From: an uncultured Dehalococcoidia bacterium
GTDB taxonomy: Bacteria > Chloroflexota > Dehalococcoidia > SZUA-161 > SpSt-899
Assembly (NCBI GenBank): GCA_964548045.1
Contig: CAZJQZ010000002.1
Span: forward strand, 1 to 52,063
Length of the DNA stretch: 52,063 nucleotides
Direction of reading: 5' to 3'
The notes beneath the pieces were generated by a model that saw only the letters and a list, made by a program, of their open reading frames with translations, was not told where the DNA came from and ran no database searches. This document shows, in pieces, positions 29,024 to 38,719 of the stretch. A program made the position numbers and the translations under genes. The first letter of the stretch is position 1. Each line of letters opens with the position of its first letter.

Positions 29024-29899
29024 CTACTCTTCGAGTGCTGATTCTTCACCCTTCAAGGGTGCCAATATGATTTCCTCTTGCTCCACATCTCCAATAACTG
29101 CATCTGATGAGTCAACCTCTTCAGTTACGATCTCTTCTTCAGGAATCATTTCCTCAAATGGTTGGAGTCCCGCCTTGCCTTCGATCACCGCATCAGCTAT
29201 CACACTGCTTACCAGCTTGATAGACTTGATGGCATCATCATTAGCTGGAACCGGGTAATCCACCATACGGGGATCACAATCAGTATCTACCATAGCAACA
29301 ATCGGAACCCCGAGTTGCCTGGCTTCAGCAACAGCGATTTTTTCCTTATTCAGGTCCGCTACAAACATCGCAGCCGGAATCTTGGTCATCTCCTTGACAC
29401 CGGCAAAAAGCAAATTGAGACGAAACATTTGCTTTTCAAGTTTCAGGGCCTCTTTTTTGGGCAAGTTTTCAAACTCACCGCGCTCTTTGCTGTCTTCCAG
29501 TCTAACCAAATAATCAATCCGTGCCTGGATGGTCGAGAAATTAGTCAGCATCCCCCCCAGCCAGCGCCGATGCACATAATAGGCACCACAACGCCTCGCC
29601 TCTTCCTCGATCACTTCCTGAGCCTGTTTTTTGGTCCCCACGAAGACAATGTCGCCCCCATCAGCTATCAGATCCCGCACGAACTCACGAGCTTTTTCCA
29701 ACCTTGCCAGAGACTGCTGCAAGTCAATAATGTGAATCCCGTTTCGCTGGGTAAAGACAAATTCCTTCATCCGTGGGTTCCATCGCTTCTTCTGGTGCCC
29801 AAAATGAACACCAGCCTCAAGCAGAAGCTTGATGGTAACGGCTTCAGGCCGCTTGGGAATTGGTTCCTGCATCGCATTTATTTCTGTTGTTTCAACCAT
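29024..29899 (-). CDS. rpsB: 30S ribosomal protein S2 with an acidic C-terminal tail
   Basis: 291 aa with [17 protein letters not shown]. Confidence 0.92.
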   Translation of the reverse strand: MVETTEINAMQEPIPKRPEAVTIKLLLEAGVHFGHQKKRWNPRMKEFVFTQRNGIHIIDLQQSLARLEKAREFVRDLIADGGDIVFVGTKKQAQEVIEEEARRCGAYYVHRRWLGGMLTNFSTIQARIDYLVRLEDSKERGEFENLPKKEALKLEKQMFRLNLLFAGVKEMTKIPAAMFVADLNKEKIAVAEARQLGVPIVAMVDTDCDPRMVDYPVPANDDAIKSIKLVSSVIADAVIEGKAGLQPFEEMIPEEEIVTEEVDSSDAVIGDVEQEEIILAPLKGEESALEE

Positions 29900-29976
29900 A
29901 CATACCCGCTTTCTGACAAATTACTTTGCTAGTTTACCACAAGTGAAACCCAATGACAATAAAAAACACACTAAAA

Positions 29977-30004
29977 GATCACAGAGATTTCTATTCCCTG
30001 TGAC
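29977..30004 (-). terminator. Candidate intrinsic terminator ending the AOR/Hdr-like operon
   Basis: On the minus strand, GGTCACAG-13 nt-CTGTGATC is followed by the U-rich TTTTAGTGTGTTTTTTATT. It lies between the MvhD-like stop and the rpsB start. Confidence 0.4.
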
Positions 30005-30098
30005 CTTTTATTTCTTCGAAATGACAGGACTTTTACTTGCTATAAATCCGAGTATAGAGAGTCGAGAATGTCTTCCGGCTGGCCGCCTTGATTCGGTT

Positions 30099-30926
30099 TC
30101 ATTCTCTGACGATCATCCGTTCCTCCACGGGAATAGGTGGAGGAACCGGTTCGGAAACGATTTTCTGCACTGCCGCAAATTTGGGAGGACAGGCTTCAAA
30201 ACACGTATTGCATTTGATGCATTTATCCTGATCGATGACATGAATCTGCTTCTTGGCACCCTCAATTGCCCCCACAGGACACTTCCGGGCGCAAATCATA
30301 CAAGCCTGGCATTTTTCCGGATCAATATAGTAGGAAACTACCTCATTGAACAGCGTTTCTATCTCTTCACTGGTGAAAAGACCGTCGTATTCCGCTTCGC
30401 TTTCCAGGTGTGATTCCAATTTCTCTCTTTCCGTTATCTTTATATACGGGATAAGCTTGGTGACCGTATCCAGTTTACAGTTCAATTCGTCTCCTGAAAT
30501 CTCGTCGCCATTGCCCAGAGGGCCCAGTCCCTTTACGTGTGAGACAAACCTGTCAACCACTTCAGCAAATACCTGTCCTTCGCCGGAGGACATGAATTGG
30601 ATATCGAGCCGCTCCGGATTAATCCCAACATGTTCCATGATTCTTTTGCAAAGGAGCACCATGTTAAGCGCCTGGTAGTTTCCGTGAGTAATATAATTGC
30701 ATTCACCCAGATGGCAACCGCCAATGAATACACCATCCACCCCGTTCTGGAAAGCCCGGAACACGAATGCCGGATCGACTCTTCCGGAACACATGACGCG
30801 AATCATTCTTAATTCTGTTGTATACTGTAGTCTGGAAACTCCAGCCAAATCGGCAGCGCCATACGCTCACCAATGGCATGCGAAGCCCAAGATTCTAGGT
30901 TTGTAGTCAAATCCTGCACTCATCAT
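30099..30926 (-). CDS. MvhD-like [2Fe-2S] domain fused to a 2x[4Fe-4S] ferredoxin domain (BamF-like). Predicted selenoprotein with UGA-Sec at codon 20
   Basis: Reading upstream of the track ORF (TTG at 30848) in frame gives MMSAGFDYKPRILGFACHW-TGA-AYGAADLAGVSRLQY... with an SD (AAAGGA) before the ATG at 30926. The TGA (30867-30869) sits where MvhD proteins have the second Cys of CNWC. The downstream sequence IRVMCSGRVDP...GGCHLGECNY is the MvhD core. Confidence 0.75.
30832..30844 (-). promoter_or_regulatory. Candidate SECIS hairpin for the MvhD-like UGA
   Basis: The mRNA hairpin CUGGA-GUU-UCCAG starts 22 nt after the UGA and has GU in its loop. It is short, so this is weak evidence. Confidence 0.3.
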
Positions 30927-30963
30927 GATATCCTTTCTCGCCTAGTTCTACTTGCTCCTCACA

Positions 30964-33900
30964 TCAATGGACTTCTACAAGAGCCGGAACTAATGCGTCT
31001 ATTTGACTTATGATCTCTTCGTCAGTGAAATGTTTCAGTTGTATCGCGCCGGTGGGACACTTCGAGTTGCACAGGCCGTCTCCTTTACAGAGAACCGGAT
31101 TAACAACAGCCTTCTTGCCCTGTTTGGTATCATTAAACTCTATAGCTCCATAGGTACACACTTTGATGCATTCACCGCATCCTATGCATTTATCCTCAGT
31201 CACTTTGCAGATGGAACCGGAAGCGACGACGGTGTCACGTGAGAGAAGCGTCAAAACCCGCCCCGCAGCCGCATAGGCCTGGCTAATCGATTCCGGTATA
31301 AGCTTGGGATAGTGGGCAGTTCCACAAAGATACACGCCATCGGCAGCAAATTCCACCGGTCTCAGTTTGGCGTGGGCTTCCTTGAAGAAATTATCCGGGC
31401 TCAAGGCGACTGTAAATTGTTGGGATAGTTCCTTGTTTCCTTCAGGAGGAATAGCCGCAGCGGCCAACATAACGATATCAGCGTCTATGGCAATTTTCTG
31501 GCCTAACACATAATCCGGCACGGTAACTCTCAATACAGGCCTGCCTTCTTCCACAACCGCTTCCATCTCGGGTTTTGCTTCAGGCTCATAGCGGATGAAC
31601 CGCACATTCTTATCTGCCGCCTCCCGGTAATAATTCTCGAGGTATCCATACATTCTCATATCCCTGAAGAGAATATAGATATCCACCTCCGGGTTCAGCT
31701 CTTTGAGCAACAGGGCGTTCTTTACAGATTCACTGCAGCATACACGACTGCAATAATTCCTTTCCTCATTCCGGCAGCCCACGCACTGGATCATCACCAC
31801 ACTCTTGGCATTGGTTAACCTTTCGTCTCGATTGACGATAGCATCCTCCAGCTCAAGGTGAGTCATGACCCTGTCATCTTCTCCATACATGTATTCTGTC
31901 GGTTGATACACGTCCACCCCTGTGGCAATGACGGTTGCCCCATGTGTTATCTTGCTGATTCCCAGTTCAGACTTCACCGTGGTTACGAAATTGCCGATGT
32001 AGCCGGTAGCCTCGTTGATGGTAGCATCATGGTATACATGTACGAGTGGATTCTGATAGACCTTGCGTATAAGATCGTTCAGATACTCTTGAACATCCAA
32101 TCCTTCCAGGATGCGATGAATTTTTCGAGCCAATCCGCCCAGGTCTTTCTCCTTTTCCACAAGGTGAACCTCATGCCCCTGTTCGGCTATGGAGAGAGCA
32201 CATACCATGCCGGCTATACCTCCACCAACCACTAACGCTCTTTTGTCTACCGGCAGATCGATTTGCCTTAATGGCTCGAGAAGGCAAGCTCGTGCTACCG
32301 ACGACCGAATTAAGTCCTTCGCCTTTTGTGTAGCCTCTTCAGGTTCTTTAGCGTGGACCCAAGAGCAATGTTCTCTGATATTTGCCATTTCGAAGTAATA
32401 TGGATTAAGTCCCCCTTCCCGAACAGTATCCCAGAATAGCGGTTCGAGGGTCCTGGGAGAGCAAGCAGCGACAATCACTCGATTGAGCCCCTTTTCCTCT
32501 ATTACATCCGTTATTTCTTTGGCACAATTGGTGGCACACGAGAATAGCTGTTCCTGACAATGGACGACATTGGGCAAGGTCTCGGTATATTCAACTGTGG
32601 AAGGCACATCGACTACTCTGCTGATATTGGCCCCACAATGACATACAAAGACTCCTATCCTCGGTTCTTCGCCGGTAACATCCCTTTCCGGCGGATACAC
32701 TCTTTCCGTTGTCAGTCTGCCTCTTCGGTAGTCAAGGAGCGTGCCGCATTGCGAGCCAGCTCCGCTGGCGGTGTAAACCGTCTCAGGGATATCTACAGGC
32801 CCTTGGAAGGCTCCGCTTATAAAGATCCCCGGACGGGAGGTCTCCATAGGATTTGTCGGGTTGGTTTTGCAGAATCCATGCGAATTAAGTTCAATGCCGA
32901 ATGTGCGTGCTATGCCCTCGGAATTAACAGGAGGATCCAATCCGACGGATAACACTACCATATCAAACTCTTCCTCTTGTACCCCATCTTCGTAAGTTGA
33001 GTATCGTATGGTGACATTCTTGCTTTCCGGTATTTCTCTCCCTATCGATACATAGCTTCTGATGAACCGAACCCCGGGAAGGTTCGCTGTCCTCTCGTAG
33101 AACCGCTCGAAGTCTTTCCCGTAAGAGCGAATGTCGTTATGGAATATAGTACACTCGGCATCGGCGTCGTGGTCCTTGGTCAGAATGACTTGCTTTTGCG
33201 CATAAGTGCAGCACACGGCAGAACAATAGCTGTTACCCCCCTCAATAACCTGCCGGGAACCGACGCACTGAATCCAGGCAATTTTGTGGGGATACTTCTG
33301 GTCGGAAGCACGCAGTATTTCACCTTCATATGGGCCGGTAGCGCATAACAGCCGTTCATAGTCCATACTGGTTACTACGTTATCGAATTTGCTGTAGCCG
33401 TAGTCTTCACTCAATTTGCTGGGATCAAACGGCTCCATCCCCGGAGATAGGATTATAGCCCCTACCTCAATTTCAACTTTCTCCGGCAGCTGACTGAAAT
33501 CTATGGCGCCATTTTGACACACCGCTTTGCAGATGAAGCACTTCTTCTCTTTAAGGTAAAGACAGCTTTCATCAATATAAGCAACAAGGGGAACTGCCTG
33601 AGAGTAATATATATGGATGGCCTTGTTATTGGATATATCTTGATTGAATGGATCGGGAAACTTCACCGGGCAGGCTTCTACACAGGCAGTACAGCCCACG
33701 CATTTGTCTTCGATGATGTACCGGGGCTTCTTGGTCAGAGTTACCTTGAAAGCCCCCTCTTCCCCTTCTACACTGTCTACTTCAGTATAGGTCAGAACCT
33801 CTATGTTCGTCTGCCGGTCGACCTCGACCAGTTTGGGAGAGAGTATTCACATAGAGCAGTCATTGGTGGGAAACGTCTTGTCAAGCTGAGCCATATGGCC

Positions 33901-34062
33901 ACCAATGGCAGGTGATTTCTCCACCATATAGACTTTGAAGCCTGCAGTAGCAAGATCGAGAGAGGCCTGAATGCCGCTGATTCCGCCACCCACTACCATG
34001 ACATCACCGAAATTATTACTTGCCAGACTTCTATAGAATTGTTCAAGTTGTTCCTGTTCCAT
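30964..34062 (-). CDS. Large double HdrA-like flavo-iron-sulfur protein (BamE-like). Predicted selenoprotein with UGA-Sec at codon 72
   Basis: Track ORFs 33847-34062 and 30964-33699 are in the same frame (3099 nt = 1033 codons). They are separated only by one TGA (33847-33849); I translated the 49 intervening codons and found no other stop. The motif [15 protein letters not shown] equals the HdrA CSMCILSPKL. There are two FAD motifs ([20 protein letters not shown]) and several CxxCxxCxxxCP ferredoxin motifs. Confidence 0.8.
33814..33831 (-). promoter_or_regulatory. Candidate SECIS hairpin for the HdrA-like UGA
   Basis: The mRNA hairpin CUGGUC-GAGGUC-GACCGG has a 6-bp stem (7 bp if G-C closes the loop) and a GGU-containing loop. 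It begins 15 nt after the UGA. Confidence 0.4.
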
Positions 34063-34165
34063 TTCTCTCCATTTCTCTCAAGTTTGATGTGTCTGTTGTT
34101 GAGTACATCATCGGTCGAGAGCCATGCCCGGTTTTTGCCGGGTAGCATAAATATATACTTTATGT

Positions 34166-34954
34166 TCAGCGGCCAAGCCGCTCCGGGTGGGAATACACCG
34201 TCAGGCGGTTGCCGCGCGCATAACCAATCAGGGTAATACCCAGATCACGGGCAAGCGAGACTGCGCGCCCCGTCGGCGATGTCCGGGACACAATGATTGG
34301 AGCTTGCATCAGAGATGCCTTGAGCAGCATCTCTGAAGAAACGCGTCCGGTGCTCATCAGCATTCCGTCCCTGGTTTCCAATCCCTTCATGAGGCATTCG
34401 CCCAGAATCTTGTACAGGGTATTGTGCCGTCCGATATCCTCAGAGACCAGCAACAGGTTACGTGTATCAGACAGCGCCGAAGCGTGAACACCACCGCTGA
34501 GACGATACAGCTCCATTTGCTCCAGAAACTGCTTCATCTGAGACAACACACTGTCAGGGGAGACGACCAGATTGGAATCGACCCGTTTCCCCTCGTTGCT
34601 AAAAGCGACATTGCCACCACAGCCGGAAGTAAGAGTACGAATCTGAGGCACTTCAAATTCGGCGTTGCCCAATCGCACATCCACCTCTGATTCCTCCTCA
34701 CATACTCGCATGCTGGCTACATCGCTGATCCCCGAGATGATTCCCTCCGCATAAAGATATCCGATGACAAGGAAGTTCAGCTTGTTTGGGGTACACAAGA
34801 TGGTAACCAGCGCCTGGCGATTCACGAAAATTGAGATATCCTTCTCCACAGGCACTTGGGTCGAGGTGTTCACCCATCCCGCATCCGAGAAGCGATCGCA
34901 CCCCACATCCTCTGCGAGATTTTTCAGATTCGATACGGCAATCGTCTCTTGCAT
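34166..34954 (-). CDS. fdhD: FdhD-type sulfurtransferase (formate dehydrogenase accessory protein family)
   Basis: Motifs are EDIGRHNTLYKILG, SGRVSSEMLLKA and LIGYARGNRLTVYSHPERL. I chose the start at the Met at 34954 to avoid a 56-nt overlap with the upstream gene. The alternative start is at 35029. Confidence 0.8.
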   Translation of the reverse strand: MQETIAVSNLKNLAEDVGCDRFSDAGWVNTSTQVPVEKDISIFVNRQALVTILCTPNKLNFLVIGYLYAEGIISGISDVASMRVCEEESEVDVRLGNAEFEVPQIRTLTSGCGGNVAFSNEGKRVDSNLVVSPDSVLSQMKQFLEQMELYRLSGGVHASALSDTRNLLLVSEDIGRHNTLYKILGECLMKGLETRDGMLMSTGRVSSEMLLKASLMQAPIIVSRTSPTGRAVSLARDLGITLIGYARGNRLTVYSHPERLGR

Positions 34955-34973
34955 TTTTTTGATTCTTTGTTCC

Positions 34974-36125
34974 CTAAATGACTTCCTGGATGATCTCGGT
35001 AATGTCTTTGATCTGAAGGGCTTCATCATCTTCTAAGGATAACCTGCTATCCTCAAAATTGGTGATGCAATAGGGACAGCAAGTTACAAGCACTTCAGCC
35101 CCGACATCAATAGCCTGTTGAAGTCTCAGATCGGAGAATCTCTCTTCCTTTGGCGTGTCCATCCATATCCTGCCGCCTCCGCCTCCACAACAGAGACTAT
35201 CCTGTCGCGAATCAACCATTTCCACCAACTCCAAACCCAGCACATTCCCAAGGACCTCGCGTGGTTCTTCAAAAATGTTATTATGCCGGCCCAAGTAGCA
35301 GGGATCATGGTATGTCACTTTCTTCTGGTATTCCGTTTTGAGAGTAATCCGCCCTTCGTTGATGAGCTGAAGTAAGAACTGGGTGATGTGAATGACCTCA
35401 AAATTCACATTGAATTCGGGATACTCGTTTTTAAAGGTGTGATAGCAGTGCGGCGAAGAAACCAGGATTTTATGCACCCCATTTTCAACAAAGGTTTTGA
35501 TATTTTCCTTGACCAGTCGCTTGAACACTTGCTCATCACCCGTCTTGCGGATGCTTTCCCCGCAGCAATTCTCCTCGGTACCCAGTATCCCGAAATCCAC
35601 CTCTGCATTGTTAAGGATACTCACAGTGGCAGTTGCTACTTTTTTCAACCTTGCATCATAGCTGAGATAGCAGCCGGGAAAATAGAGAAGGTCCATCTCC
35701 TCGGTGAATGTCTTGACGGGAAGATCCTTTGCCCAGTTTGCCCTCTTGCTCCGTTCTTCCCCCAAGGGGTTGCCTGCACCAGCAAGGCTTGCGCTTACGC
35801 TGCGGAGAGGACGTGCCGTAGGATGGAAAACCCCGTATTGAGTGGCAATCCTTCTCAATGCTACCCCGGACTCAATTTGTTTTACATCCCTGGGACACCG
35901 CTGAGGACATTTTCCGCAGGTAGTACAACGCCATATTTCCTCACCTTCTATCTCGGTCAAACCAAAGGTAGCCTCTCGGACCAGCTTGCGCATGCTGAAA
36001 TTTGTAACCTTATTCCACGGACAAACGGTATCGCACAGTCCGCATTGATAGCAGAATTTAAATGCTTCTCCACCCGCCTCTTTTATGGCATCAATTGCTT
36101 CTTCTAAGGGTGCTACAATCTCCAT
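34974..36125 (-). CDS. HdrD-like iron-sulfur protein with two CCG domains (BamD-like)
   Basis: 383 aa with N-terminal CYQCGLCDTVCP and CTTCGKCPQRCP cluster motifs, followed by two Cys-rich CCG repeats (CCGESI, CCGGGGG). Confidence 0.8.
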   Translation of the reverse strand: MEIVAPLEEAIDAIKEAGGEAFKFCYQCGLCDTVCPWNKVTNFSMRKLVREATFGLTEIEGEEIWRCTTCGKCPQRCPRDVKQIESGVALRRIATQYGVFHPTARPLRSVSASLAGAGNPLGEERSKRANWAKDLPVKTFTEEMDLLYFPGCYLSYDARLKKVATATVSILNNAEVDFGILGTEENCCGESIRKTGDEQVFKRLVKENIKTFVENGVHKILVSSPHCYHTFKNEYPEFNVNFEVIHITQFLLQLINEGRITLKTEYQKKVTYHDPCYLGRHNNIFEEPREVLGNVLGLELVEMVDSRQDSLCCGGGGGRIWMDTPKEERFSDLRLQQAIDVGAEVLVTCCPYCITNFEDSRLSLEDDEALQIKDITEIIQEVI

Positions 36126-36134
36126 CGTTCAATC

Positions 36135-36695
36135 CTATTCTTGCGCCTCAACGTATTCGCCCTTCTTGGACATCGATAGTCGGGCAAGGGTATCCATGAC
36201 CTTCTGCATTCCGTGCTTGTTTGCCAGCGCTTCCAACCCTACTTCTATATCATCCAGCTTCTCATCTTCGTCTTCCTCTTCTTCCCGCTCTTCATAAGTG
36301 AGGGCATCAGTTATGCACCACTGCACGCAAAGGGGCTCTTCCAGCGGTGGATCGTCTTCGCACATATCACATTTTAGAGGTAGACCGGAATCAGGGTCAT
36401 GGAAAATATCTCTGGAGGGGCAAGCCGCCCTGCAGAAGGCACACTCATCATATTCCTTTCCGTCAATTATATATTTGTCCCTACCTGCACATTCAGCTTC
36501 AGCATATTCGCCGGCCATTACCGGAATATACATATTTCGGCGCACATCAAAAATCACTCTAATATTCGACTTCTCCGGATTAGTACTACTATATCTTGGT
36601 TCAGCATGAAAGGCTGAGCAGGCTACCTCGCATGCCCGGCATCCATTGCACAGGTCAGCATCGATCTTTATTGTTTTGACTATTTTCATTTTCAA
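36135..36695 (-). CDS. Poly-[4Fe-4S] ferredoxin-like subunit (BamC-like) with an acidic C-terminal stretch
   Basis: 186 aa with CNGCRACEVAC, CAFCRAACP and CDMCED...CVQWC motifs. It has a TTG start. Confidence 0.75.
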   Translation of the reverse strand: MKMKIVKTIKIDADLCNGCRACEVACSAFHAEPRYSSTNPEKSNIRVIFDVRRNMYIPVMAGEYAEAECAGRDKYIIDGKEYDECAFCRAACPSRDIFHDPDSGLPLKCDMCEDDPPLEEPLCVQWCITDALTYEEREEEEDEDEKLDDIEVGLEALANKHGMQKVMDTLARLSMSKKGEYVEAQE

Positions 36696-36701
36696 AAATC
36701 C

Positions 36702-38687
36702 CTACTCGTTTTGAGCTTCCGCCTTTGCTTCGCCCGGCAGAAACCCTCTTTGTTCCAAATCTTCGCTAACATAATCCAAATCCAATTCATGCAAATACTC
36801 TCTGGTAGGAACCCCCTGATCATTCCACCTCTTGAATTTGTAATAATTATCTAAGAGCTCAGCTTCAAACTCAGGGAACCTTTTCTTCCAATGGTCGTCC
36901 GGAGGGCGTTCGTCCTCTTTCTTTAGACCTCTTCTGATATTGATGGCCCTGACCAGGTTTCGGTTTCTGGCGGCCAATTTCCATAGTTTATCTTCATCGA
37001 AATCAATACCTGTCGCCGCCGAAATGATATCTGGATAATTATGAATATGATAGGGAGGTTTCGGCATGAATGATGACACACCGGCACAGACCCCGGTGGA
37101 GTCATCAATATAGTGCATTGACTCCTGCCATTCAACAAGTTCATTTAACAAATCAGTGTCTGGCCAGAATGGAGCTTTTTTACCCTCATCTCCCCACTCC
37201 AAAACAAATTGCTTAAACCTTTCCTCTTTTCCTGTTGGAATCTGCACCCAGTCCTTTACATATGCCTCTCTATCTTCGGGGGCAAGTGGCGCCTGGGGGA
37301 TACCTCCTTCAATCTGGGTGATCGTTAGCTTCTCGCCAGTAGCGTACAGAAGGTAATACATGGGGTTCAGCGTTCCCAGCTTGATAAACATCTGCTCATT
37401 TTTCTTAATCGTATTATGATCGTAGACCTCTGCCCCTTTGCCAATCCGACGGGCCGCCCAATAGACTCCATCGGCCAGAATGTCTCCAATGCCTTCCCGT
37501 CGGACGATTTTTTCCATTAGATAGAAGTGCCTTTCCGCACTATCGGTCGGGAAATCCGGCAGGTCCTCGTCAGTTAAAATGCCGTCTTCATAAAGCTCAA
37601 CTGCGAAAGCCATAACTTGCGGCGCTGTGTATCCGTCAACTCCATGCTCCTGAGCAATCCCAATCATTTTAAAGCCAAAATCCAAGTCCGCATATGCAGC
37701 CATCGGATAGGTGAGTTTCGAGTAGCACTTCATCGGGAATCTACCAAGTGTTGGGTGTTTGATTATTCCCCCGCACTTCACCGGACAATTAAAGCAACTT
37801 ATATGCCGCTCCATCGATTGTAACTGGTCCGCCTCCCACTTCGATGCATATTCCTCGGTCCAATGACCCTTTTTCCGCTCGCGGGCATTTCCCCAGGCAA
37901 AATTATCGATATGGAACCCATCATCAGCGTGCGAGAGAGCCTGGGGCCCAAGTGTAGCCAGCATGGCCTCAAAACCTTGAAGTGGATTATCTAACCGGTA
38001 CCGCATAGATTGCAGCATTTCGGTGCAAATCTCAAAATATTCAGCCGGCCGGGCGACATTGACGTCCTTCGTTCCACGAACAGCAATAGCCTTTATCCTT
38101 TTGTCTCCCATGATGGCACCCACGCCTAGTCGACTGCAACTGGACTTCTCAACCTCGATAGAGGCAAAATAAACCCTGTTTTCACCAGCCGAACCAATAG
38201 AAGCTACCTGGGCTTTCGGCTCCTTCAACTCCTTTCTAATAAGGTCCGCTGTTTCATAACAGCCTTTACCCGCCAGATGGCTGGCATCACGCAGTTCTAC
38301 CTTGCCATTGTGTATCCACAAATAAATCAAATCAGGGGACTTGCCGCGAAAGATTACCTTGTCATAACCGGCATGCTTCAGTTCCGCCGCAAAAAATCCG
38401 CCCGCCATTGAAAATGCCATTAGATTGGTCTGTGGAGAAATGGTTGAAATGATGGTGCGATTGGCACTGGGAGCAGCGGTGCTGACTAAAAGACCAGCGC
38501 TAACTATTAACAGATTGTCAGGAGAAAAGGGTTCAACTTCAGGAGGGACTCTATCCCATAATATCTTGGCATTGGTACCCAGACCTCCAAGATGAAGCTC
38601 GGTGTCTCTTGGATCCGTTGCGACCTTCTCAATACTCCCACGGGACAGATCTATTTCCAAATTAAACCCTTGCTCTGCATACCTCAC
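36702..38687 (-). CDS. Aldehyde:ferredoxin oxidoreductase-family tungstopterin enzyme, BamB-like
   Basis: 661 aa with a GTG start preceded by AAGGGGG. It has the AOR N-terminal domain (LGGLGTNAKILWD) and the cluster motif C298-x2-C301-x3-C305 (SCFNCPVKCGG), plus an extra Cys321 in FPMKCYSKLTY. Its length is well above the ~600 aa of classical AORs. Confidence 0.85.
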   Translation of the reverse strand: MRYAEQGFNLEIDLSRGSIEKVATDPRDTELHLGGLGTNAKILWDRVPPEVEPFSPDNLLIVSAGLLVSTAAPSANRTIISTISPQTNLMAFSMAGGFFAAELKHAGYDKVIFRGKSPDLIYLWIHNGKVELRDASHLAGKGCYETADLIRKELKEPKAQVASIGSAGENRVYFASIEVEKSSCSRLGVGAIMGDKRIKAIAVRGTKDVNVARPAEYFEICTEMLQSMRYRLDNPLQGFEAMLATLGPQALSHADDGFHIDNFAWGNARERKKGHWTEEYASKWEADQLQSMERHISCFNCPVKCGGIIKHPTLGRFPMKCYSKLTYPMAAYADLDFGFKMIGIAQEHGVDGYTAPQVMAFAVELYEDGILTDEDLPDFPTDSAERHFYLMEKIVRREGIGDILADGVYWAARRIGKGAEVYDHNTIKKNEQMFIKLGTLNPMYYLLYATGEKLTITQIEGGIPQAPLAPEDREAYVKDWVQIPTGKEERFKQFVLEWGDEGKKAPFWPDTDLLNELVEWQESMHYIDDSTGVCAGVSSFMPKPPYHIHNYPDIISAATGIDFDEDKLWKLAARNRNLVRAINIRRGLKKEDERPPDDHWKKRFPEFEAELLDNYYKFKRWNDQGVPTREYLHELDLDYVSEDLEQRGFLPGEAKAEAQNE

Positions 38688-38719
38688 TTTTGACCCCCTT
38701 AGACGCTTATTGGCGCAAC

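Noticed and set aside
30846-30848. TTG as the true start of the MvhD-like gene.
   Set aside because: This start would fall inside the conserved FxCxWC-xYGxADxAG motif. An ATG with an SD lies 26 codons upstream in frame, with only the UGA in between.
33847-34062. The 71-aa ORF as an independent small FAD-binding gene, and ORF 30964-33699 as a complete gene starting at its listed M.
   Set aside because: Both are in one frame and are separated only by a single TGA at a conserved Cys position. The listed M of the long ORF is an internal GTG within [13 protein letters not shown], a ferredoxin motif that would otherwise be cut in half. They were merged into one Sec-containing CDS.
34974-35029. A 56-nt overlap between the fdhD and HdrD-like ORFs, suggesting a frameshift or gene fusion.
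   Set aside because: An internal Met at 34954 gives a full-length FdhD core and removes the overlap. The two frames differ and nothing suggests a frameshift. The start does remain uncertain.
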